In this document: positions 12,984 to 25,896 of the stretch, one piece after another
How positions within the stretch are numbered: position 1 is the first letter of the stretch
Layout: each line of letters begins with the position of its first letter
Source: Octopus vulgaris
Lineage: Eukaryota
Direction of reading: 5' to 3'
Assembly (NCBI GenBank): GCA_951406725.2
Contig: OX597826.1
Span: 5,828,001 to 5,892,000 of the forward strand
DNA: 64,000 nucleotides
Position numbers and translations under genes: made by a program
Notes under the pieces: generated by a model
Told to the model about the DNA's origin: nothing
Databases searched by the model: none
Seen by the model: only the letters and a program-made list of their open reading frames with translations

Positions 12984-12985
<2 letters not shown>
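12595..12985 (-). mobile_element. SINE family B, near full length (tRNA-like head, internal (TG)/(TA) microsatellite)
   Basis: Minus strand starts ggcggaggagtggttgtgtggtaagtagc...ggttcaggcccactgcgtggtaccttgggcaagtg; more than 10 related copies in the window. Confidence 0.92.
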
Positions 12986-13061
<76 letters not shown>

Positions 13062-13394
13062 TAAATAGACAGATAGATAGATAGATACTTTTATATATAT
13101 TTGTGTGTGTTTTTGTCCTTGTGTTGTGCTTTGCTTATGAAACAGTTTTAAAAAAATATTTTTTTAATATTTTGTAACAGGTTTACAAACGAGCACTGCG
13201 GTCGATTTGGTTAACTAAACCCTGTAAGCGCATATACTAGCATGGACGTGGGCATATATATATGCGTCTTTGTGTGAATGAGTATGTATGTATGTGTGTG
13301 TGTGTGTGAGTGTGTATGTATGTGTGTTTATGTGTGCATATGTATGTATATATACATGACACGTTTTGTATTCAGTCAGTCACTTGAGATTGTA

Positions 13395-13442
13395 TGCATA
13401 ACTGGAGGAACACATCTCTGCATAACTGGAGGAACACATCTC
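13395..13442. repeat. Perfect 24-bp tandem duplication
   Basis: tgcataactggaggaacacatctc twice. Confidence 0.9.
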
Positions 13443-13581
13443 TACATTACTCCAGCGTATACGGATATGTCGTTATACATTATACACAGTCGTGCTATCA
13501 CCGAGCCTACCTTAGTTCTTTCACTTGTTAGATACATGGTTCTCACGAATGTTGGAGAAAGTGTATGTATGAATGTATATA

Positions 13582-13616
<35 letters not shown>

Positions 13617-14316
13617 CATATGTTGTATGTGTATGCTTATGTTTTGTGTGCTTGGGCTGGTGTGTGTAGGTATATGTGCTTGTGTAAGAAAATAATCGTA
13701 ATTACAAAAATGAGATGAAAATTATAGTATAAAAAAAGACATTTCCTTGCAGATTTCGGATGTGAAACGTGGAATAATTGAATAAGGAATACAATGGACG
13801 ATGGGATTTACAAGGTAAAATAAGAGAATGTTATTCTGAGCAACAAACGTTAATCTAATGAGACAAAACGAACTATAAGAGACGAACAACGGATTTGGAA
13901 ACATGGAGTGAAGAATACATTTTTGGCAAAAAAATATACCTTCCAAGTAGGCTGTTGAGATAAAATTGAAAGTAATCTTCTGTTTTGTTTAGTTATATAA
14001 ATCCTATATATACAACTAAAAGCACATTTTGTTTCCTTTGACGAATGGTATTAATGGTGTACGATTATACACTAGGACATACGAGAACCCACATTCTGAA
14101 ATCACAGGCACACTTACATGTAGACGGCGGCCAGCTGGGGTATTGCTTTGAAGTATTTAGTTGAGAAAATCAACCATACTAGAAATTTGGATTTTTTAAA
14201 AATCTGGAACTTCTTGTGGTTGATATCACTGAATCATTAGCACACAGAGACATGAAAGCATTAATACCATTGGCGACCGTTGAGATGTAGGAGCAGGAAA
14301 GACGCGCACACGTATA

Positions 14317-14534
14317 CGAGAGGTCACTGAAAAGTTCCTGGCATTAAGGGAATCGCGAAACGCCTGGCTAGAGACCCAACCCTCCTAGTTCTTTAAGAGT
14401 GTTTAGAAACAAATCTGAAGGACCACTGCAATAAGTGTGTGAATCTGAGACGGAAATATGATGAATAATATCATAATTAACTGATCCTCCTATATATTTT
14501 TTACTCAAAGACAGAAACTTTTCAGCACCTATCG
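14317..14534 (+). mobile_element. Mariner-derived MITE
   Basis: TA|cgagaggtcactgaaaagttcctggc ... gacagaaacttttcagcacctatcg|TA inverted ends; interior [17 protein letters not shown] resembles the mariner transposase C-terminus. Confidence 0.85.
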
Positions 14535-14592
<58 letters not shown>

Positions 14593-14594
14593 TA

Positions 14595-14632
<38 letters not shown>

Positions 14633-14662
14633 TATATATGTATATATATATGTATATATATA

Positions 14663-14728
<66 letters not shown>

Positions 14729-15054
14729 GTGTGTGTGTGTGTGTGTGTATGTGTGCGCGTGCCGGAATATATACCTACATATATATATATTAAAATTATT
14801 ATTAACGTTCTCTAAGGGATACCACCATGCTAGTTTATTTTGTCTTCCCTCCTGGTGCAGTATGAATATCCAATGTCATTTTAGAGTCAAGTTTTGGCTG
14901 CTATTTCTAGCACAGTGGTATCTCTCAGATGCCCTTAATTATAATTTTAATAATAATTATTACCTTTTGAGACTTTCATTGCCATGCTGGCCACTTGATA
15001 AAATCGGTATTTTAAATAACGATCTTATCCTTATATATATAAATTTATACATAT

Positions 15055-15210
<156 letters not shown>

Positions 15211-15245
15211 GTAAATGTAATATGGGACAATTATTTGGTAGCCAA

Positions 15246-15304
15246 GATAAAACTGAGTTTCGGATGCCGAGGTGGAAATCCACGCTGCCATCTCTTCAGT
15301 TATC
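15246..15304 (-). ncRNA. Minimal type I hammerhead ribozyme motif
   Basis: Minus strand: GATAA-CTGAAGA-GATGgcagcGTGGAttTCCACctcggCATC-c-GAAA-CT c AG-T-T-TTATC. Confidence 0.65.
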
Positions 15305-15362
15305 CGGCCATCGGAAAAATCCCGCTATATAAAAAAGAAATATAGCGTTTTTCCGATGGCCA

Positions 15363-15425
15363 GATAACTGAAGAGATGCTGGCGTGGATTTTTCCACCTC
15401 GGCATCCGAAACTCTGAGTTTTATC
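15363..15425 (+). ncRNA. Minimal type I hammerhead ribozyme motif
   Basis: GATAA (stem I)-CTGAAGA-GATGCTggcGTGGAttttTCCACctcGGCATC (stem II)-c-GAAA-CTC t GAG (stem III)-T-T (predicted cleavage after 15420)-TTATC (stem I'). Confidence 0.72.
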
Positions 15426-15520
15426 TTGACTTCCGAATATTTGGCATTTACAGATATATTCCTCTATTTACATAATTTCGATTTCTCTTACTTTCTTTTG
15501 TTATCGTACCGTTTTTATCA

Positions 15521-15599
<79 letters not shown>

Positions 15600-15609
15600 G
15601 TATATATAT

Positions 15610-15775
15610 AGTCGACAGGTTTACACGCAGATTCTCTCTCACAAATTCACTCACAAGACACTGGTTGGCCAGCGGCTAAATTTGAAGACATTTACCCAGG
15701 ATGTGGCGCAAGGGGACTGAACCCAAAACCTCGTGCTTGAAATGAGATCTTCTAAATTACACGCTCGAACCTGTT
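15610..15775 (-). mobile_element. SINE family B 5' half, diverged
   Basis: 'caaattcactcacaagacactggttggcc...ggggactgaaccc'. Confidence 0.75.
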
Positions 15776-16507
15776 TCTGAATAGACGTGTCGTATGCGTG
15801 TACTGAAGTATGTAAAGTAAGCAATAAAGGAATAAATAACTCAATAGATGTCATCACGATTGTATATTTACAGCCATTTGAGGTTTCTTTTCTCGATATT
15901 TTGTATACTAAACCTGCCATAACACTGAAACACTCAAAAGGTTGAAATTTATTTTACAAGTGAATTGTTAACGACAATACAATTTTTATTTTCCTATTAG
16001 CAAGTTCAAAATAATGTGATAGCAAGAATTTGTAAATTGGGAGAAGGACTATTTGATAGAATAAGATAAAGGGGAAAGTCTACTGCCAAAAGGTTAAATT
16101 GTACAGAGGCACGAATTTTAAGATTTATGAGATGAAGTGTAAACTTGAGGTCGTGATATTTATTCGTGTTTGAAAAACGTTAACATCGTAAGTGAAAACG
16201 ATAAAGTATAAAGTATGGTTTCTTCGTTCAGCACGAACAACCCTTAGTTAGTCGTCTTGAACAGTTTATGATTATGAATACAGATTTGTTATATAAATAC
16301 AGGTGGCATTTCTTTAAGAAGAAATAAATCGTCAATACATTCGCTATGTCACTAATTGTTCATTTATTCGATTCGCACTGATAAAGAGATTTGAACTTAG
16401 AAACTAGATAAACAAAACTACAGAACTAGTTTAATACTGCGCTCATTCAGCTGTCTCCACTTCCTTAGTATTTTAAATATAAACCAACTGACGTTCTTAT
16501 ATTTATG

Positions 16508-17135
16508 CCTTTATTGCCCACAGAAGGCTAAACATAGAGGGGACAAACAAGGACAGACAGACGGATTAAGTGGATTACATTGATCTCAATGCGTAACTGA
16601 TACTTATTTAGTCGACCGCGTAAGGATGAAAGGCAAAGTCGACCTCGGTGGAATTTGAACACAGAACGTAGAGCCAGACGAAACACCGCTGAGCATTTCG
16701 CCCTGCGTGCTAACGTTTCTTATTTCTTTATTGCCCACAAAGGGCCAAACATAGAAGGGACAAGCAAGGACAGACAAACGGATTAAGTCAATTACATCGA
16801 CGCCAGTGCGTAACTGGTACTTAATTTATCGACCCGGAAAGGATGAACGGCAAATTCGACCTCGGCGGAAATTGAACTCAGAACGTAACGACAGATGAAT
16901 TACCTATTTCTTTACTAACCATAAAGGACTAAACATAGAGGAGACAAACAAGTACAGACAAACGGATTAAGTCGATGACATCGATCTCGGTGCGTAACTG
17001 ATACTTAATTTATCGATCTCGAAAGGATGAAAGGTAAAGTCGATCACGGCGGAATTTGAACTCAGAACGCAGCGGCGGACGAAATACCACAAAGTATTTC
17101 GCCCGGCGTGCTAACGTTTCTGCCAGCTCGCCGCC
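16508..17135 (-). mobile_element. SINE family A trimer
   Basis: Head complement 'ctaacgtttctgccagctcgccgcc' ending at 17135; three units. Confidence 0.92.
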
Positions 17136-17254
17136 TAACCCCCATACTAATATTTGGACAAACATAACGCTGTGAATTCTCTATAGTCTAAGCCGGTTCA
17201 TACATATTCATGCTAAATTACGAAGTAAAGCCGAATTCTATCCCAATTCAATAT

Positions 17255-17292
17255 GAATAATAATAATAATAGTAGTAGTAGTAGTAGTAGTA

Positions 17293-17359
<67 letters not shown>

Positions 17360-17385
17360 CAACAACAACAATAATGATGATGATA
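17255..17385. repeat. Compound (TAA)/(TAG)/(CAA)/(TGA) triplet microsatellite
   Basis: Directly visible. Confidence 0.95.
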
Positions 17386-18129
17386 TCTCTCTTTAAAGAA
17401 ATTCGTGGCAGATGTATCAAGGAAGTTCTAGTAAATATTTATTCTTCAAAGTTTGTGTTGAAATAAATATCTGAATCCAGACGTTCCTGCGGTAATTATC
17501 TAGAGGAAGAAATTGTTTACATGACTACAGAGGGTAGAAAAGCCCTGGCTTTAAAAATACTTATAGTCATCTGCCAACGAATATGAATATGAAACCTTTG
17601 TTTAATATCTGGGAAATTTCTGTTTTAAATTGACATTTTATCTGTGACTCTGCTCCATTCTACTTTTTCTCTAGACACGTAGATATATAGATGCATACAA
17701 ACATACACACAATTCTATACGAACATACGTACATAAATACATACATCTATAAAATCGCACACACAGCAGAAATAAATTGAATTGTTAGATCTGTTAGATG
17801 AGAATTAATTAATTTCTACAAGAAATAGCTTTTATATTCTTCAATCCTTGTTTATATTATAATTCCAAGTGGGGTTTTTTTCTCGATTATTCGTGGCTTT
17901 CATCGTATTTAACTGCCTTTGTTTCCTTTTTCCAGACGTGGTATTGTATTTCTTTGTCACGTCATTATAAATCACTTTGTATGTGAGTGATTCCAGGGAA
18001 GCCGTATTAGTATCTCTGTAAGAAGACATTAACGCACACCACCAACTTCACAAGCGCATGGAAACCTAAATATATGTGTACCGTGTGTGTGTATCTATCT
18101 ATCTATCTATATATCTATCTATCTATCTA

Positions 18130-18169
<40 letters not shown>

Positions 18170-18240
18170 TATACATACATACATATATATATACACATAC
18201 ATATATATACATATATATATATACACATACATATATATAT

Positions 18241-18289
<49 letters not shown>

Positions 18290-18347
18290 TATATATATAT
18301 CCACACGTGTATATATATAGATATATATATACATAAATATAGACACA

Positions 18348-18385
<38 letters not shown>

Positions 18386-18835
18386 TAGATGTATGTATGT
18401 ATATTTATATATAAGTGAGGATAGACAGGATAGCTATATGTCTATGTTCTTTGTGCAACGCGGTTTTTCGAAGTTACCCTCACTGCATAATAACTGTGGC
18501 ACTTGTAAATCTCACACAAATCGTTCATCCCCTTCTTCGTTAAGATCTCTCTATCAGTACACTGTCAGTAAACGTCTTTCAGTAACGTACGGCTTCTATA
18601 ATTATCGTCTATATTGACTACTTACTACAATTTCATTCGAAACCCTCACTATTTTGTCATACATTTTGATCCACTTCATTTCACTGCTTCATAAACGTGT
18701 CAATGTTTGCTTATTTTTCAATACTTATAAGACGTTTTACAATGGTACTTTTACGATTTCATAACTACTTAGTTTGCAACTTTTCCGAGGATTTACACTC
18801 GCACACAAACACACAAACACACAAACACACATATA

Positions 18836-18990
18836 GGCACAGGCGTGGCTGCATGGTAAGAAGTGCGCTTCCCAACCACATGACTCCAGGTTCAGTCCGA
18901 CTGCCTAGAACCTTGGCCATCTGCATTTTACTGTAGCCTCTGGCCGACCAAAACCTTGTGTGCGGATGTGGTCCACGGAAACTAAAAGTG
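18836..18990 (+). mobile_element. SINE family B 5' half
   Basis: 'ggcacaggcgtggctgcatggtaagaag...cccaaccacatg...ggccgaccaaaaccttgtg'. Confidence 0.85.
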
Positions 18991-19000
18991 ACCCGTAGTG

Positions 19001-19054
<54 letters not shown>

Positions 19055-19120
19055 CACACAATATATATATATGCATAGATACGTAATATATATATATATA
19101 TATATACATAAATATACATT

Positions 19121-19158
<38 letters not shown>

Positions 19159-21001
19159 CAGAGAGAGAGAGAGAGAGAGAAAGAGGTGGATAGATAGGCA
19201 GATAGGTAGATAGAAAGTAGATATACGCATTCAGACATACTTATAGAAAATATATATATGAATACGTGAAATCGACAGAGATAATGGGTTTTATACATTT
19301 ATTTATGTATTACTTGCTTAAAGCTGTTTCAGATATCCATTTGGGTGTGATCATTGTACAATCTGATCGTTCGATGTTTTGATCCGCTGAAAATATCGGG
19401 GACTGTTACTCAAATCCATCTTCTTCTGCCCCGAAACAGCCCAAACCCTTTGTTTTGGTGTAAAAGCAATTTAAAACGAATTGTGCAAAAAAAAAGAAAA
19501 GAAAGAAGAAAAAAGATGCCTGTGTGTGATTTAACGTATATATTGCAAAAATACAGATATAATCGGAAACGCTTTTCAGGACTTCGGAAGGTGGTGAGTA
19601 TTAGTGACGAAATTCTTCGCAATTTGGAGACTCTTCTTTCAAGATGTCTACGCATGAACTTCGTTAATTGTCGCCGTGGCCTTAGCGGCTTTTTAACTGA
19701 ATAACGGCTTAAGTCTACTAATATTCAAACTGATAGATTGTTCAGATTAGTACATAGTAAGCGTAAAAAAATATATCCATAAAATAAAGCAATGAATTAT
19801 CTATGACGAATATCAGAAGCAACGGAAAAAATAATTTTACTAAGCTGTATACGTCTTGGTTGTACAGGCTCATTATCCTTATCAATTTCAATCATTTCAA
19901 TATACATTTCAATATACATATGTATTTTGTGTCTAAGACAATATAATCAGCATTTTTACAGACTATGAAAGAAATGCAACTTGCAAATGAAGTAGGATAA
20001 GCTGTGGCTCAAAATCGGGCCCAAATTCTGTTCAGACCTTTTAAGAAAACTTTAAATTCTGAAATAATGAGAACTGACTTGAATCATTTCATAAATATTT
20101 AAATAGCATCCGTATTATAGAGTTAGGAATACTCTGATTCAATCAGGATATGAGGTGGGAACTCTATGTCTGCCTCATTCAAAGCAGTATATTTTACAGA
20201 ATGCATGTGGGGATTCCCTGAAAGAAATGTATGACTATAAAGAAATACATACTTTCAGCAAAGTTATTGAATACCCTATCAATCCTTAACTACACCATGA
20301 AATTTTATTGTAGTAAATGATATAAACATTGAATGAATGTTTGCTTCACTTTAAATAGATTTATTTTTCAATGTCAGATTCCATTCCAAATAAATACAAC
20401 TTTCTGTTCTTTATGTTACAGTATGAAATTCCTGAGATAACTAAATATAAATTAGCACTAGTTTTCTTAAAATTATCCCAATCCACTTGCGTAGAATAGG
20501 GACAAATATATGACTTTTTCATCTGACATGATATAAAATTTCTTGTTTGAACTGACTAGGGAAATCTTACTGCTGTTCCGACTGAAATTTCAATGTCAAT
20601 TACAAAAGCAGTAATAATAATAAACTATTATAAAGCATATTATATTCCGTTATTTATTTTTGACATATTTTGAAGGAAATTTAATGTAAACACATAAAAG
20701 TTCTTTGCAGTAGCTTGACAGGACAGAGATTAAGAAACATCAATGCATAAGCGCTTGAAAGTCATGAATTTTGACGTTCATTCATAGAACGGGAGTTCTC
20801 TTTGTCGTCGTAACTAACGTAAAAAGGACAGCATTCTAGGAGTTGTGACACACAGAAACATCAGCTTCAAGTTTCGAAATTATAAATATATGACTGCTGT
20901 GTCCTTCTTTATTGATGTATTGATTAACTTTCCTTCTTGGATACACGCAAATGTATACGTACTTGTCTGTGTGCGTGTACACATATGCGTGTGTGAGTAT
21001 T

Positions 21002-21067
<66 letters not shown>

Positions 21068-21107
21068 CATATATATGTATGTGTATATGTATATATATAT
21101 ATGTATA

Positions 21108-21158
<51 letters not shown>

Positions 21159-21168
21159 GTAAATATAA

Positions 21169-21215
<47 letters not shown>

Positions 21216-21684
21216 TATAAAAATATATGTGTATGTATGTATGTATCGAAAACATAGTAGCTCATACACGTTTGCATATATATCTACGTATATAGATATA
21301 CATATGTATGTGCGCATGTGCGTTATGTGCGGGTGTGCGTACGCACATGCGCGTATTTGTACGCGTGTGGGAGTGGATGTGTGGGCGTGTGTCAGTACGG
21401 TGCGTGGCTGTGAATGTGTATTCGCTCTCACATACAAGCACTCACACGCAGACACGCATATACCAGTAGCGACACCTGCTGCATGTGACATCACGTGCCA
21501 TGTTAAAAATCGAAGTCATATAACTGACGTAGATTACATACAACATGCATGTAACCTATTTCCTGGTTTCTCTTATATAAAATGGAAAATGCATATCAAA
21601 TTCTGATTTGTTATTTGCAGTCATTTATATAGGAAGCTTATAGTATGTGCTTGGCATTCATGCAGAAAACTTGTGCGCATTCTG

Positions 21685-22067
21685 TTCTTCTTCTTCTTCT
21701 TCTTCTTCTTCTTCTTCTTCTTCTTCTTCTTCTTCTTCTTCTTCTTCTTCTTCTTCTTCTTCTTCTTCTTCTTCTTTTCTTCTTCTGCTTCTTTTTCTTC
21801 TTCTTCTTTACTTCATCATTTTCTTCGTCTTTTTCTTCTTCTTCTTCTTCTTTTTCTTCTTCTTTTCTTCTTCTGCTTCTTTTTCTTCTTCTTCTTTACT
21901 TCATCATTTTCTTCGTCTTTTTCTTCTTCTTCTGCTTCTTTTTCTTCTTCTTCTTTACTTCATCTTTTTCTTCTTTTTCTTCTTCTTCTTCTTCTTCTTC
22001 TTCTTCTTCTTCTTCTTCTGCTCCTCCTCCTGCTCCTCCTCCTCCTCCTTCTCCTCCTTCTTCTTAC

Positions 22068-22115
<48 letters not shown>

Positions 22116-22208
22116 CATCATCATCATCATCATCATCATTATTATTATTATCATCATCATCATCATCATTATTATTATTATTATTATTATTAATATTATT
22201 ATTATTAT
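21685..22208. repeat. Compound triplet array (TTC)->(TCC)->(TTA)/(TCA) with a higher-order unit
   Basis: Directly visible; 'cttctgcttctttttcttcttcttctttacttcatc' occurs three times. Confidence 0.95.
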
Positions 22209-23632
22209 TCAGTAGTTTTATTTTTATAGCGTGCTTTCACTTCAATACCGAGCGCAGCTCTGTGTGCCTTGGGTATGTGCTGTGATTTGTTGTGATGCTC
22301 TGATGGTTATTGTATGGAAAGTGTTCTGCGTAGGATGTGTGCAGTGCCTAGTAGTGCAATTTTCTGTATGTTATATGTGTTTGTAAGTCCTGGTGTTTTT
22401 GTTATGTATTTGTCTGAATATTTATTTATCATGCCGAATGCACCTACTAATGATAGGAATTGTTTCTGTTTTTAGATTCCACATTCTGGTTACCTCTATT
22501 TCCAGGTCTTTGTATTTTGAAAGTTTCTCCACTTCTTTTAGAGACACGTTGTCATCTGCTGGTATTGATACATCAATTAGAAAGCATGTTTTCTTCATGA
22601 TCTCTGACAACTATATCTGGTCTGTTGCCCTTAATTTCTCTATCTGTGTGTATTGGCATATCCTAGAGTATGGTTGCTTTCTCGTTTTCTGTGACCTTTC
22701 CTGGTGTGTGCCTATACCATCTTTTTTCTGTTGTTACTCCATAATGTTGGCATAGCTTCCAGTGTATGTAGGTCCAAACTCTGTCGTGTCTGTGAATATA
22801 TTCCTTCTTAGCCAGGACTGGGCAGCCAGAGATAATATGATTTATTGTTTCTTGTCCATCTTCACATATTCTGCAGTTACTTGTAATAATTCTTTTCATT
22901 ACATGTTTTGATAATTCCTAGAGCGGAGGCTTTGGTCTTGTACTGCAATTAAAAATCCCTCTGTCTCTGTTTGAGTCCTGAGATTCTCAACCACTGCTGG
23001 GATTTTTCTTTGTCTATTTCTTTTGCATTTAGTTTAGTTCAGTATTTACCAGGAAGGGGCTTTTCTTGCCATCGTTTTATCATGGATCGTTGCTGTTCTG
23101 TTTTTAGTTTGGATTTCATTTGCTTCATAGCTTTTCTTTCTTCTTCTTCTTCTTCTTCTTCTTCTTCTTCTTCTTCTTCTTCTTCTTCTTCTTCTTCTTC
23201 TTCTTCTTCTTCTTCTTCTTCTTCTTCTTCTTCTTCTCCTCCTCCTCCTCCTCCTCCTCCTCCCTCTTCTTCTTCTTCTTCTTCTTCTTCTTCTTCTTCT
23301 TCTTCTTCTTCTTCTTCTTTGTTAGGTGTTATGGTTTCTTTTTTGTATTTGTCAGCTTCCTTAAATACTCAGAACAGTTTTTTGTTTTGCTCGTGTTTTG
23401 CCGCTCTTTGTATCAGTTTTCCTTCCTTCTGAAGTAGATATTTTTGCAGTCCTATGGTGGTTATATTATAATAGTTTTCCAGTTGTATAAGGCCTCTACC
23501 ATATTCTATACGTTGTATATATAGTCTTTCTATGTCAGATTTTGCGTGAGGCATCATAGGTCCTGTCATTATGTTTCTTGTTTTTCTATCTATTTTAGTC
23601 AGTTGAGTTAATGTCCAGTTAAGGATCTTGTA
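22209..23632 (-). mobile_element. 5'-truncated R4/Dong-clade non-LTR retrotransposon (subfamily 1), pseudogenised
   Basis: Minus-strand translation: IDRKTR..KSDIERLYIQR..GRGL, CCHC knuckle CRIC..ETINHIISGC, RHD, RLE region PDIV..LIDVSIP..EKLSKYKDL, ending LGTAHILRRTL; short 3' UTR; (TAA)n on both sides in element sense. Confidence 0.92.
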
Positions 23633-23759
<127 letters not shown>

Positions 23760-23796
23760 ATAGTAGTAGTTTTAATAGTACTAGTGGTAGTCTGAC

Positions 23797-24115
23797 GGCG
23801 CATGGCTCAGTGGTTAGAGCGCCGGGCTCACGATCATGAGGTAGTGATTTCGATTCCCGGACTAGGCTGAGCAAGACACTTTATTTCACGTTGATTCATT
23901 TCACTCAACTGTAGAAATGAATTGCTGGCGCCAAGTTGTATCGGCTTTTGACTTTCCCGTGGATAAGACTGGCGGCGTAGAGAGGGGGAGTCGGGTATTT
24001 ATGGGCAACTGGTGGGCTTCCATAGACAACCTTGCCCGGACTTGTACCCCGGAGGGTAAGTACCTAGGCGTAATCTCATGGTCATTCATGACCGAAGGGT
24101 GTCTTTACTCTTTAC
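23797..24115 (+). mobile_element. SINE family D (tRNA head, CORE-like central domain; possibly OR2-related)
   Basis: A-box 'tggctcagtggttagagc', B-box 'ttcgattccc', CORE-like 'gagcaagacactttatttcacgttg..cactcaactgtagaaatga'; matches 53680-54013. Confidence 0.88.
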
Positions 24116-24141
24116 CAGTAGTAGTGGTGGTGGTGGTGGTG

Positions 24142-24209
<68 letters not shown>

Positions 24210-24904
24210 TGCTGTTGTTATTGTCGCTGTAGCAGTAGCAGCAACAGCAGAAGTAGCAACAGAATCCTGAGCAGCAACGGTGTTTGGATTTTGGCGCTAG
24301 AATTAATTATTTGTGCGAGAAGCATTAGATATAACAGTATGTCTGGTGTTAATGATATGAAAATTGCTATCGTAACTTCTGTTGATTTGTATTGCTGTTG
24401 GTGCTTGTGAAATGGGAAATCTTGAAGGATTTGATATTAACTGAAGCAATCATAATGGGAACGTAGTTGACGTTAATTTCATCGGTGATTCAAGCGTCTT
24501 AGGTAATAACACCGATGCTCAAAAGACTAATATCGATAGCAATAATGGTGAGAATCCAAATTTCCAATCACTGATAAGGACTGAACTATATCGATTTCAA
24601 GTACCTCAGTAATCCTTCCGCAGTGCGCTGAACAATACAGCGAGTTAAAATGTGGAAAAGAAATAAAAGAAATAACAACGATTTCTTTGAATGTGAAAAA
24701 CTCTCACGAAATTCAATCTTCTTCCCGCGACTGCAATGAATTCGTGACAAAAGCACTCAAATTTCAAACAACCCAGTTTGAACCAACACTGGAGCCTCAA
24801 CATAGTCGTCATTTTTGCTAGACATAGCAGTCAAATTTTCCTTACACAGTGAAATACGTTCTGGCAAAAACAGGTCATTCAAACCGTACCTTCGATATAC
24901 CTTA

Positions 24905-25105
24905 CCCGTGTTTCAGACACTGGACTGCGGCCATGCTGTGGCACCATTATGTGGGGTTTAGCAGTGTAAATTCACACCAGTACTTATCTTTAAGTTTGGT
25001 TCTCATTCAATCGTTACCTTTTGCCGGACTGCAATGTTACGGAGGGCGTAAACAAATCAAAGCCTTGTGTCGTCTGGTAGTGGGGTGTAAAGCCAAAGAC
25101 AACCA
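24905..25105 (-). mobile_element. SINE family B 3' half, diverged
   Basis: 'tgtttcagacactggactgcggccatgctgtggcacc'. Confidence 0.75.
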
Positions 25106-25496
25106 CACACACACACATACATACATGCATACATACATACATTATGTAGAGCGGGTGCAACTGTGTTGGAAAAAATATTGATAATGCACATGAGTAAATG
25201 TTAAGAGCAATGTAAAACTTTTTATTAATGTATATGCAAATGCTTTAATGGTTCGCGTAGGCATTGCGAGGCTAATAACCTGGTGGAGAGCAATATAAAC
25301 ATGTTTTAGAAGGAAGGGTTTGTGGAGTAAAAAGAGGTGATGAAAATACGAGATAGCAAAAGATTAAACGATTATCTTATGACAGAAAAAACCTAAGCTA
25401 ATGAAGTTCAAAAGAATCATTTTTTACTCATTTTCATATATGGAAATTTATAACAAATAAGTACAATGTTTGTAAACGCTCTTTAGCACACACACA

Positions 25497-25545
<49 letters not shown>

Positions 25546-25853
25546 GCACACATATACAAACACTCACGCAGTCATAGAAGTACACATACGTATACATGTG
25601 TTTAAATGTGCTTTTTCTGCACATATATGCACATATATGTATATAATTGTATGTGGTGTGTCTCTGTGAGTGTGTTTGTAAGTTTGTGTGTGTGTGTCTG
25701 TATGAGTGTGTGCGTGTGCGCGATTGTATGCTTGTGTATGCCTATGTGCGAGTGTGGGCATTCATATATGTGCGTACCGAAAACATAAGTGCTCCTACAT
25801 GTTCGCATATATATCTATATATATATAGCTGTATGTATGTGATGCGCATGTAA

Positions 25854-25896
<43 letters not shown>

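Noticed and set aside
21645-22285. Poly-Ser/Leu/Phe/Tyr ORFs (also 45.5, 49.5, 51.5, 53.5 and 55.4 kb)
   Set aside because: Triplet microsatellites open in several frames; no protein features.
25145-25485. Possible TIR element within a (CA)n tract
   Set aside because: End similarity is limited to a few bases (agagcg/cgctct); not supportable.
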